Shown here: positions 25,741-32,455 of the stretch, one piece after another
Position numbering within the stretch: the first letter of the stretch is position 1
Layout of the letters: each line of letters starts with the position of its first letter
Assembly (NCBI GenBank): GCA_913050645.1
Contig: CAJXAG010000002.1
Location: 1 to 42,348 of the forward strand
DNA from: an uncultured bacterium
GTDB taxonomy: Bacteria; Patescibacteriota; Minisyncoccia; Phycocordibacterales; UBA918
Direction of reading: 5' to 3'
DNA: 42,348 nucleotides
The notes under the pieces: model-generated
Seen by the model: the letters and a program-made list of their open reading frames with translations, nothing else
What the model was told of the DNA's origin: nothing
Databases searched by the model: none
Position numbers and translations under genes: made by a program

Positions 25741-26832
25741 ATGAAAATTGAACTAAACAGGATCAAAATACGCGAGGTAATTGACAGCTACTCAGACAAT
25801 GCTGAAGAAGGCGTCGTTGCTTACGGGGGCAAACTTGATGTTCGTCCAAAATATCAGCGAGAGTTTGTATATAAAGGCGACCAACGCGATGCTGTTCTTG
25901 AAACTGTCAAACAAAATTTCCCGCTAAACGTTATGTACTGGGTGGTCAAAGAAGATGGAGGCTACGAAGTTTTGGATGGGCAGCAGCGCACTATCAGTAT
26001 TGGTCAGTACGTAAACGGTGATTTTTCTCTTGATGATCGCTACTTCGGAAATCTAACACAGGAAGAAAAAGATCAGATTCTTGATTATGAGTTGATGATT
26101 TATTTCTGTGAAGGAAACGACAAGGAGCGGTTGGACTGGTTCAAAACTATCAACATCGCAGGCGAACGTCTAACAGATCAGGAACTACGCAATGCAGTTT
26201 ACACAGGACCATGGCTGTCCGATGCGAAACTAAAATTCAGTAAATCTAATTGTGTCGCATATCTTGTCGCAAATGATGGTGGCTCACTTCTCAAGGGTTC
26301 TCCGATTAGACAGGAATATTTGGAAACTGCACTTTCATGGATAAACAATGACGAAGTGGCAGACTACATGGCAAAACATCAGCACGATAAAAACGCTGAT
26401 GAGTTATGGGAGTATTTCCAAAACGTAATCGCATGGGTGCGAGATACTTTCACAAACTATCGAAAAGAGATGTCGGGCGTGAACTGGGGAGAACTATGTA
26501 ACGAATTTAGCGATAAAAAACTTAACCCAGTCAAACTAGAAGAAGAAATCGCCAAGTTGATGCAAGATGAAGATGTTTCTAAAAAGTCTGGTATTTACCC
26601 TTATGTTCTAACTCGACAAGAAAAGCACCTTAATATTCGCTCATTCAACGACAAAATGAAACGTGAGGCATACGAACGCCAAAAAGGAATTTGTACAAAA
26701 TGTGGAGAGCATTTTGAGATCGGAGAAATGGAAGCAGACCACATCACCCCATGGCACGAGGGCGGCAAAACTATCGTAGAAAATTGCCAGATGTTGTGCA
26801 AGCAAGACAACCGTACGAAGTCTGGGAAGTAA
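25741..26832 (+). CDS. DUF262 (ParB/GmrSD N-terminal-like) - HNH endonuclease fusion
   Basis: RPKYQREFVY and LDGQQRT are the DUF262 signature. The C-terminus CTKCGEHFEIGEMEADHITPWHEGGKTIVENCQMLCKQDNRTK is a canonical HNH. The ATG lies 1 nt after the MTase stop. Confidence 0.8.
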   Translation: MKIELNRIKIREVIDSYSDNAEEGVVAYGGKLDVRPKYQREFVYKGDQRDAVLETVKQNFPLNVMYWVVKEDGGYEVLDGQQRTISIGQYVNGDFSLDDRYFGNLTQEEKDQILDYELMIYFCEGNDKERLDWFKTINIAGERLTDQELRNAVYTGPWLSDAKLKFSKSNCVAYLVANDGGSLLKGSPIRQEYLETALSWINNDEVADYMAKHQHDKNADELWEYFQNVIAWVRDTFTNYRKEMSGVNWGELCNEFSDKKLNPVKLEEEIAKLMQDEDVSKKSGIYPYVLTRQEKHLNIRSFNDKMKREAYERQKGICTKCGEHFEIGEMEADHITPWHEGGKTIVENCQMLCKQDNRTKSGK

Positions 26833-26915
26833 AATCATTGAGAATGAATAGCAATGAGAACAAAAATAAGAAATTTGAAAGCAAGCTCTAGTGGTCAGAA
26901 ATTATTTGAAAAAAT

Positions 26916-27046
26916 ATGGATGATGAACTAAAAGAAATAATGGAAGACTACGACCTTGAGGAGGGTGAAGCCAGGAAGTTCAAGATCTTGTTGATGAGCT
27001 AGGGGTCGACACGGACGATGCTCATGAGATCTGGGAGGCTATGTAG
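26916..27046 (+). pseudogene. frameshifted mini-ORF for a small acidic peptide
   Basis: MDDELKEIMEDYDLEEGEA... stops at TAG 27000. A second frame continues as QEVQDLVDELGVDTDDAHEIWEAM to TAG 27044-27046. The two halves look like one acidic helical peptide. Confidence 0.25.
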
Positions 27047-27063
27047 CCAAAGTGTTAATAGTG

Positions 27064-27072
27064 TGCTATAAT
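27064..27072 (+). promoter_or_regulatory. extended -10 promoter element
   Basis: TGcTATAAT, with TATAAT at 27067-27072. Confidence 0.45.
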
Positions 27073-27181
27073 ATCCGAGTAGTCAGGAATGACTATGATG
27101 TATGTCTCTTGGCAAGGCCGAGTAGGTGACCTGGGAAATCTGCGGGAAACCATATGATATACATGACTGACCTATAATAAG

Positions 27182-27238
27182 ACGGTTGGGAGATTTCATT
27201 CAGTTTTACACTGGATCAAATCTCTTAGCCGTTTTTTG
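27182..27238 (+). terminator. strong strand-specific intrinsic terminator in the leader of the HD hydrolase gene
   Basis: acggttgggagattt (27182-27196) pairs with aaatctcttagccgt (27218-27232). Three of the 15 pairs are G-U, so the stem forms only on the plus strand. tttttt follows, and the ATG of the next gene is 43 nt downstream. Confidence 0.75.
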
Positions 27239-27280
27239 TTTCCAGAATAAAAACTCTTAAAAGTTTAAGACAAAAACATT

Positions 27281-27988
27281 ATGACAAAGAAATTCATAGG
27301 GATGTGGGATGTTCACAAAGAGTTACAAAGTGACAATCCCGAAGTTATCGGTGAGGTCAGTAAAACGATTGCTGGTGATATAAACACAAAAATTAAGAAC
27401 AAGCAGGTAAACACCACGGTCTACACACAAAAAATGCAAGACGCGATCTACTTCGCAGTCAAAACACACGAGGTCTACCAGAAACAAAAGCGCAAAGGGA
27501 AGGATGTGCCGTATATCACGCACCCGCTCATTGTAGGGTTGATCTTAGCAAAAGCTGGGGCGAGTGAGGATGTGGTCACTGCAGGAATCCTCCACGATAC
27601 AATCGAAGATAGTGTTGATGAAAAACAGGTTACTAAAGAAATGTTGGCTGAGCGTTTTGGGGAAGGAGTAGCGGAGCTTGTCAGTGCGGTTTCTGAGAAA
27701 GATAAGTCGCTTTCGTGGCACGAGCGCAAGGAGCAGGCGCTTGAGGAGATCAAACAGTTCTCCCACGATGAGCTACTGCTGAAGTCGGGCGATGTGGTGA
27801 GTAACCTCACTGAGATCATTGGTGACTACAGTCGCGACGGTGATGCGACCTTCGACCGATTCAACGCCACAAAAGAAGACACGCTCGTACATTCAAAGCT
27901 GGTTATCGAAACGATCCTCGGCGCATGGGATGAAAACCCACTTGCGGTGGACTTACGCATAATCAAAGAAAAGCTCGCGGAGATGTAA
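27281..27988 (+). CDS. HD-domain (p)ppGpp hydrolase, small alarmone hydrolase (RelA/SpoT HD_4 type)
   Basis: KTHEVYQKQKRKGKDVPYITHPLIVGLILAKAGASEDVVTAGILHDTIEDS...FGEGVAELVSAVSE matches the SpoT/Mesh1 hydrolase block (H..Q.R..G.PYI.HPL.VA.IL...D....AA.LHD..ED). There is no synthetase domain. Confidence 0.8.
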   Translation: MTKKFIGMWDVHKELQSDNPEVIGEVSKTIAGDINTKIKNKQVNTTVYTQKMQDAIYFAVKTHEVYQKQKRKGKDVPYITHPLIVGLILAKAGASEDVVTAGILHDTIEDSVDEKQVTKEMLAERFGEGVAELVSAVSEKDKSLSWHERKEQALEEIKQFSHDELLLKSGDVVSNLTEIIGDYSRDGDATFDRFNATKEDTLVHSKLVIETILGAWDENPLAVDLRIIKEKLAEM

Positions 27989-28053
27989 AAGAAAAACAGG
28001 ATGAGTTTAAAGTTTTGGGTACGTTTGTAGCGAAACTGGAAGAGTAAAGACAA

Positions 28054-28090
28054 GAAAAACCCCGATGCAACTACATCAGGGTTTGTGTGT
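28054..28090 (+). terminator. terminator-like hairpin, module copy 1
   Basis: aaccccgatg (28058-28067) pairs with catcagggtt (28074-28083), with one mismatch. It is nearly identical to the module at 28393-28424. Confidence 0.55.
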
Positions 28091-28114
28091 ATCTACCCAG
28101 ATATCTGGGTAGAT
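28091..28114. promoter_or_regulatory. 24-bp perfect palindrome, candidate operator
   Basis: atctacccagat|atctgggtagat lies 18 nt upstream of the AbrB-like ATG. Confidence 0.5.
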
Positions 28115-28131
28115 CGTGTTAGGGTGAGTGT

Positions 28132-28389
28132 ATGAGAAAAAGAGAAGAACATAATCAACGAAAGATCCAAAAAGGATCAAGCGGGTCATACCGGATCACA
28201 CTCCCGATTGAAATTATCCGTGAACTGAAGTGGCGTGATAGGCAGAAGGTGAGGTAGTCTAGGAGACTACCGCAAGACCCTTTGTGACGGATTCGACCAT
28301 GGGGAGAATCTGCCCAAAGGGTGTACAGTCCCTGTAAGGGAGTAGTGAAAAAGAGAGGAAAGGGGATTTATATACAAGACTGGGAGTAA
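28132..28389 (+). pseudogene. AbrB/SpoVT/MazE-type DNA-binding mini-protein gene interrupted by a 90-nt insert
   Basis: The head, MRKREEHNQRKIQKGSSGSYRITLPIEIIRELKWRDRQKV, ends at TAG 28255. The tail, VVKKRGKGIYIQDWE* (28342-28389), is in the same frame. Together they form a complete SpoVT-AbrB swapped-hairpin-like sequence. Confidence 0.55.
28250..28339 (+). other. 90-nt structured insert inside the AbrB-like gene
   Basis: Flanked by aagg direct repeats (28246-28249 and 28336-28339). Contains in-frame TAG (28255) and TGA (28285). Hairpins: ggtagtct/agactacc (28253-28271), accctttg/caaagggt (28277-28322) and tccc/ggga (28329-28341). Confidence 0.5.
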
Positions 28390-28392
28390 GAA

Positions 28393-28424
28393 AAAACCCC
28401 GATGCGATTGCATCGGGGTTTTGT
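28393..28424. terminator. bidirectional terminator, module copy 2
   Basis: aaccccgatgc (28396-28405) gatt gcatcggggtt (28410-28420), flanked by an A-run and a T-run. Confidence 0.8.
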
Positions 28425-28426
28425 GA

Positions 28427-28867
28427 CTACTTTACTTCTTGAAGTAACCGAAACCATCGTTTATGGCGTTTGCGGTAGTAGGCATGTACATAGAGCCAAA
28501 GCAGGAAGGTTTCCAAAAACCATCTTCCTTGTACGTCGACCACATCTGTGTAGCTACAGGAACGACCATCAATCGGAGCAACATGCATCATATGATTCCA
28601 CGCTTTTACGATTCCGCCCTGTTCTTGGGTCAGGATGATGTGGTGTCGTGTATTTGCGCGTGCAACATATATTTCATACGGTACACGGCGGCCAAGCATG
28701 GGAACCGTTGTTTTGATCCGATCCCCTCTTTTCCATTGTTTTGTGAAGGAAGAAGTGTCTGCAAATACTTTGTTGCCGGTGACGTAAAACAAGGTGCTAG
28801 TTTGCTGTAGTAATGCCCAGACCTGTTTTTTGGGTGCTGGTAGCGTGGAAGCAATTACTGCTCTCAT
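28427..28867 (-). CDS. SRPBCC-superfamily-like protein
   Basis: GGAGGA lies 7 nt upstream of ATG 28867 (the track start 28882 overlaps this RBS). MRAVIASTLPAPKKQVWALLQ resembles the typical SRPBCC/START N-terminus (I.ap.e.VW..l). The call is weak. Confidence 0.45.
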   Translation of the reverse strand: MRAVIASTLPAPKKQVWALLQQTSTLFYVTGNKVFADTSSFTKQWKRGDRIKTTVPMLGRRVPYEIYVARANTRHHIILTQEQGGIVKAWNHMMHVAPIDGRSCSYTDVVDVQGRWFLETFLLWLYVHAYYRKRHKRWFRLLQEVK

Positions 28868-29008
28868 ATAAGTATCCTCCATTGTGTGCGAATCTTTTGG
28901 AACAATATACCAATGTGTGGTGGTGTCAAATACTTCTATGAACGTTTGCGTGACTGTTCTGTGTATCCGATCTGCTGCGTGTGTTGTTCAGTATGTTACA
29001 GTCTTTAG

Positions 29009-30250
29009 ATGAAAAAAATACTTGGTTTTGCACTGATGGTCGTGCTGCTGCTAGCACCAGTGCAACAGGCGTTCGCTGCTAGTCCTGATGAGCTTGATAA
29101 AAAGATAGCAGCACTCGAAGCGTATATTGAACGGAACTATCGCTCGCACGAAGATACTCGCCTATCGGTAGAGGAGCTTCGAGAAATTATTTCTGAAGGT
29201 GCACAGTGGATGAATAGAGCTCAGGAAGGTAATGGGCATTTTGCGTATGAGTACGATGTTTATGAAGGGCAATATCTTGATGATGATCATATTGTGCGGC
29301 AGGGTGGGGCACTCTATCAGCTTGGAGAAATTGCACGGTACGACACTGATAATGCACTCGGTACGCACGAGGTTATTGAGTCTGCAATAGAATACTTTGA
29401 AGACTTGTCTGTTGCCGACACGGAAGATGGAGAGAAAATTCTCTGTATCACCGAAGATACAGATCGAACACCATGCTTGTTAGGGGCTACGGCACTGGCA
29501 GTGACCGGCATGCTCGGCTACGTCGAAGCGGTACCGGAAAAAGCGGATGAGTATGATGAACTGATTGATGACTACATGGCGTATATCATGGCGATGAAAA
29601 AAGAAGGGGAAGGATTTCGTGATAAGTATCGTACTGGCTCATCATTAGTTTTCCTCAAAGAGTCTTCATTTTCAAACGGTGAGGCGCTGCTTGCGTTGGT
29701 GCGATATTACAAACACAAACCATCAGAGGAAGTAAAAGAGATGATCGATGAAACCTTTGCGTATCTTGCAGCAAAAGCGGAGTTCGAGAACCCCTTGTAT
29801 CTGTGGATTATGGCGGCGTTGAAGGATATGCAACAGCTTTGGCCGAGTGAAGAATATGTTGCATACGCGCAGGCATTTACCGAGTACAGGCGTGCACAGC
29901 TTTCTCGTATCCATTACACACAGAAGAACTACTGTGCGAGTACCGAAGGTTTGGCTAGTGCATACAGTGTGCTGCAGGGGAACGTAACTGACTATGAGTT
30001 GGGGCGCGTGCGTGACGAGATCGACTTCTGGAACAAGCACAACAGTGTTCTGCAGGTGACGGAAGTAGATGCGTATCGTTTGATAGATGACGAACAAGGA
30101 ATGCGACTGGTGCAAGCTCCCGACGTGAAAAATGCACAAGGAGGCTTTCTTACCAGTGCTACGGTACTCACGCAGCGCATCGACTACACACAGCACTGTC
30201 TGAGTGCCTACTTGCAGACGTTGGTGGATGTGGAGGGTGAGGTGTTGTAG
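29009..30250 (+). CDS. secreted hypothetical protein, helical-repeat (alpha/alpha-toroid-like?)
   Basis: Signal peptide MKKILGFALMVVLLLAPVQQAFA|A. The rest is helix-rich with repeated aromatic/Gly motifs. No firm family call. Confidence 0.6.
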   Translation: MKKILGFALMVVLLLAPVQQAFAASPDELDKKIAALEAYIERNYRSHEDTRLSVEELREIISEGAQWMNRAQEGNGHFAYEYDVYEGQYLDDDHIVRQGGALYQLGEIARYDTDNALGTHEVIESAIEYFEDLSVADTEDGEKILCITEDTDRTPCLLGATALAVTGMLGYVEAVPEKADEYDELIDDYMAYIMAMKKEGEGFRDKYRTGSSLVFLKESSFSNGEALLALVRYYKHKPSEEVKEMIDETFAYLAAKAEFENPLYLWIMAALKDMQQLWPSEEYVAYAQAFTEYRRAQLSRIHYTQKNYCASTEGLASAYSVLQGNVTDYELGRVRDEIDFWNKHNSVLQVTEVDAYRLIDDEQGMRLVQAPDVKNAQGGFLTSATVLTQRIDYTQHCLSAYLQTLVDVEGEVL

Positions 30251-30251
30251 C

Positions 30252-30281
30252 AAAAAACCAGAGGGAAGCTCTGGTTTTTTT
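30252..30281. terminator. bidirectional terminator
   Basis: aaaaaa-ccagag ggaag ctctgg-ttttttt, between convergent genes. Confidence 0.8.
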
Positions 30282-30282
30282 G

Positions 30283-32163
30283 TTAGTTTGTCTTCCGGAT
30301 CGATTCTTTTACATCAAACCTTGGGTTTACCTTCTTGCCGGGATTGAAAATGTCGTTGGGGTCAGCGATGTGCTCAACTTCACGGAACATTTCGAGTGTT
30401 TTCTTGTTGAACATCTTATTGAGGTGTGGAGTGCGGATGATGCCGTCGTTGTGTTCACCACAGATGTTTCCGCCGAACTTGCATGCAGTATCAAAGAAGT
30501 CTTCACACATTTTTTCAACCAGTTGTGGGGTTGTTTTATTGGTGAAGTCTAACAATGGATAGAAGTGTAGGTGACCGTTTCCTCCGTGGCCATGCACGGC
30601 AGCGGTGACGTTGTATTTCTTCAGGAGCTTTTTGATTTCCACAAAGAACTTTGAAAGATTGTCCGGTGGGACAGTCATGTCTTCAAGGAAAGCTGCAGGT
30701 CGCTTCTTGTCGTCCTGGAATTTAGAAAGTGTGTAACTTGCGCGGCGTACCTGCCAGAACATTTCTTGTTCAATGGGGTTACTTACCACACGTGCACGCT
30801 TACCACGGTTTTCTTGCAGTGTTTTTGCGATGCCTGCTGCAGTGCGGCTCCCAAGCTGCTTTTTATCAAGGGTGATCAGAAGGGTGAAGTCGGGTGTCTT
30901 GCGACCGTAGCGTACGTGGTACGTGGTGTACATAGTCAGGAGCACTTTGTAGTAGTCGAGTTTTGAAAGTCGGTCTTTGAAGAACTGTGGGTTTTTCAAA
31001 GCCAGGTCGAAGGTGAGTCCATCGAAGAGCTCAACGTTGATTGGGTTAAACTCAAGTGCCTTGACGATCACCGCACCTGCATCCATAAGGTCAAACACAG
31101 GGACAACTACAAGCTGTGTATCGTCTGCAATTGGCCGTGTGCGCATAGTCACTGACGTGATGATACCGATCGTACCCTGACTCCCTGAAATAAGACGGGT
31201 GAGGTCGAAGAAGCCATTTCCACGTTTGAAGTTTGTAACTGATACATCCAGCACATTCCACAGTGGGAAACCTGCGGAGTTCTTTTTGGTCTTTGGCTTC
31301 GCTTTTTCGATCGTCTTTTCATTTTCAGAAATGATACGGAATACTTCTTTTGCAATCGTTGCGTACGCGTTGTTCTTTTTAATGAGTGTCTTCAGTTCTT
31401 TGTAGTTGAGTGGCTTGATGGTGTAGGTCTTTGCGTCATACAAAGTGACGTCAAGCGACTCTACCCAGTCTGCACAGTGTCCAAAGCGTAGTGAGTCGGG
31501 GCCGGCAGCGTTGTTCGCAACTGAGCCACCAATGGTGCAGATGTCCTTTGAGGCAGGGTAGGGAGGAAGGTAGACGTTTTCCTTCTTCAGTTTCTTTTCA
31601 ACGTCCTTCCACATTGCTCCTGGCTGGCAGGTAAACATGGTGTATCCGCGAGACTTTCTGATCTCGCCGATGTCTTTCATGTGTGTGCATACGTCAACGA
31701 CGATTGAGTCAGTGAGTGAACCACCAGAAAGGCCGGTGCCCGCAGCACGCGGGGTTAGTGAAAGAGAAGGGAACTGCGCTGTTTTTTCTGCAATGACCTG
31801 TACCGCTGTCTCGACGTCTTTTTGATCCTTCGGCTGAACAACAATTTGTGGCTTGATGGAGAAAATACTTTCGTCAGTGCTGTATTTTTCGAGGACGTCT
31901 TTGTTTGTTGAGATTCCACCACGAAAACCAGCTTCGCGGAGCATTTTTTCAACCAGAAGATGTCCAAGTGGCTCACGCTTCAAGTGTGTTGCTGCTTGTT
32001 CACCCGGGTTCTTCACTTTGGGAGAAGTTGAGCGAGCTGTAGGTTTTTTAGCAGCACACTTCTTTTTTGAAACCGTTTTCTGTACGGCTTTTTTCGTTAC
32101 CTTTTTAACTGCTTTCTTTGCAGTTTTTCTAGTTGTTTTCTTAGCTGCTTTTTTTGTGGCCAT
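30283..32163 (-). CDS. FAD-binding oxidase/dehydrogenase (GlcD/D-lactate dehydrogenase-like) with Lys/Ala-rich N-terminal tail
   Basis: FAD_binding_4-type TPRAAGTGLSGGSL and C-terminal HGHGGNGHLHFYPL and GGNICGEHNDGIIR are present. The first ~55 aa are KKAAKKTTRKTAKKAVKK-type repeats. Confidence 0.85.
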   Translation of the reverse strand: MATKKAAKKTTRKTAKKAVKKVTKKAVQKTVSKKKCAAKKPTARSTSPKVKNPGEQAATHLKREPLGHLLVEKMLREAGFRGGISTNKDVLEKYSTDESIFSIKPQIVVQPKDQKDVETAVQVIAEKTAQFPSLSLTPRAAGTGLSGGSLTDSIVVDVCTHMKDIGEIRKSRGYTMFTCQPGAMWKDVEKKLKKENVYLPPYPASKDICTIGGSVANNAAGPDSLRFGHCADWVESLDVTLYDAKTYTIKPLNYKELKTLIKKNNAYATIAKEVFRIISENEKTIEKAKPKTKKNSAGFPLWNVLDVSVTNFKRGNGFFDLTRLISGSQGTIGIITSVTMRTRPIADDTQLVVVPVFDLMDAGAVIVKALEFNPINVELFDGLTFDLALKNPQFFKDRLSKLDYYKVLLTMYTTYHVRYGRKTPDFTLLITLDKKQLGSRTAAGIAKTLQENRGKRARVVSNPIEQEMFWQVRRASYTLSKFQDDKKRPAAFLEDMTVPPDNLSKFFVEIKKLLKKYNVTAAVHGHGGNGHLHFYPLLDFTNKTTPQLVEKMCEDFFDTACKFGGNICGEHNDGIIRTPHLNKMFNKKTLEMFREVEHIADPNDIFNPGKKVNPRFDVKESIRKTN

Positions 32164-32267
32164 AATAAAAAGAACGACATCCCTAAGTTCGTAATGATTC
32201 TATTGTACCGTATGACCTATGTAGAAGAAAAATCGTGTCCACAAAATGAAAGATGGAGTGATACCCT

Positions 32268-32365
32268 CTCAACAGGAATCATCGAATGATTCCTGTTGAG
32301 GATGTTTTGTAGGAGGTGTCGCGAGGACCCAGTACTTACAGGGGACATCCGATGTCCCCTGTAAG
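32268..32365. repeat. two unrelated 15-bp perfect hairpins
   Basis: ctcaacaggaatcat/atgattcctgttgag (32268-32300) and cttacaggggacatc/gatgtcccctgtaag (32335-32365). Confidence 0.7.
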
Positions 32366-32402
32366 AGTATAAGAGTGAGGGAAGGGAAGTTTCGATTGTA
32401 TT

Positions 32403-32441
32403 CACAAAAGAAAAGACCGCCTGAGAAACTCTCGGGCGGTC
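32403..32441 (-). terminator. rho-independent terminator of the 32456..32986 gene
   Basis: gaccgcctgaga pairs with tctcgggcggtc (32415-32441). On the minus strand ttttcttttgtg follows. Confidence 0.7.
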
Positions 32442-32455
32442 AAAGTCGTTCGCTC

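Noticed and set aside
26990-27030. ykkC-like (ctaggggtc...acacgg) and hammerhead-like (ttgatgagc) strings
   Set aside because: These are only short partial matches. The remaining conserved cores (GGUCCGAGAG and GGGA for ykkC; CGAAA for hammerhead) are missing. The region is better explained as the decayed acidic mini-ORF.
28252-28320. T4 gene-60-style translational bypass (AGG-UAG in a hairpin with an in-frame AGG landing codon)
   Set aside because: It is kept only as a low-probability alternative in the finding. Matching triplets are expected by chance, and the flanking direct repeats favour a simple insertion.
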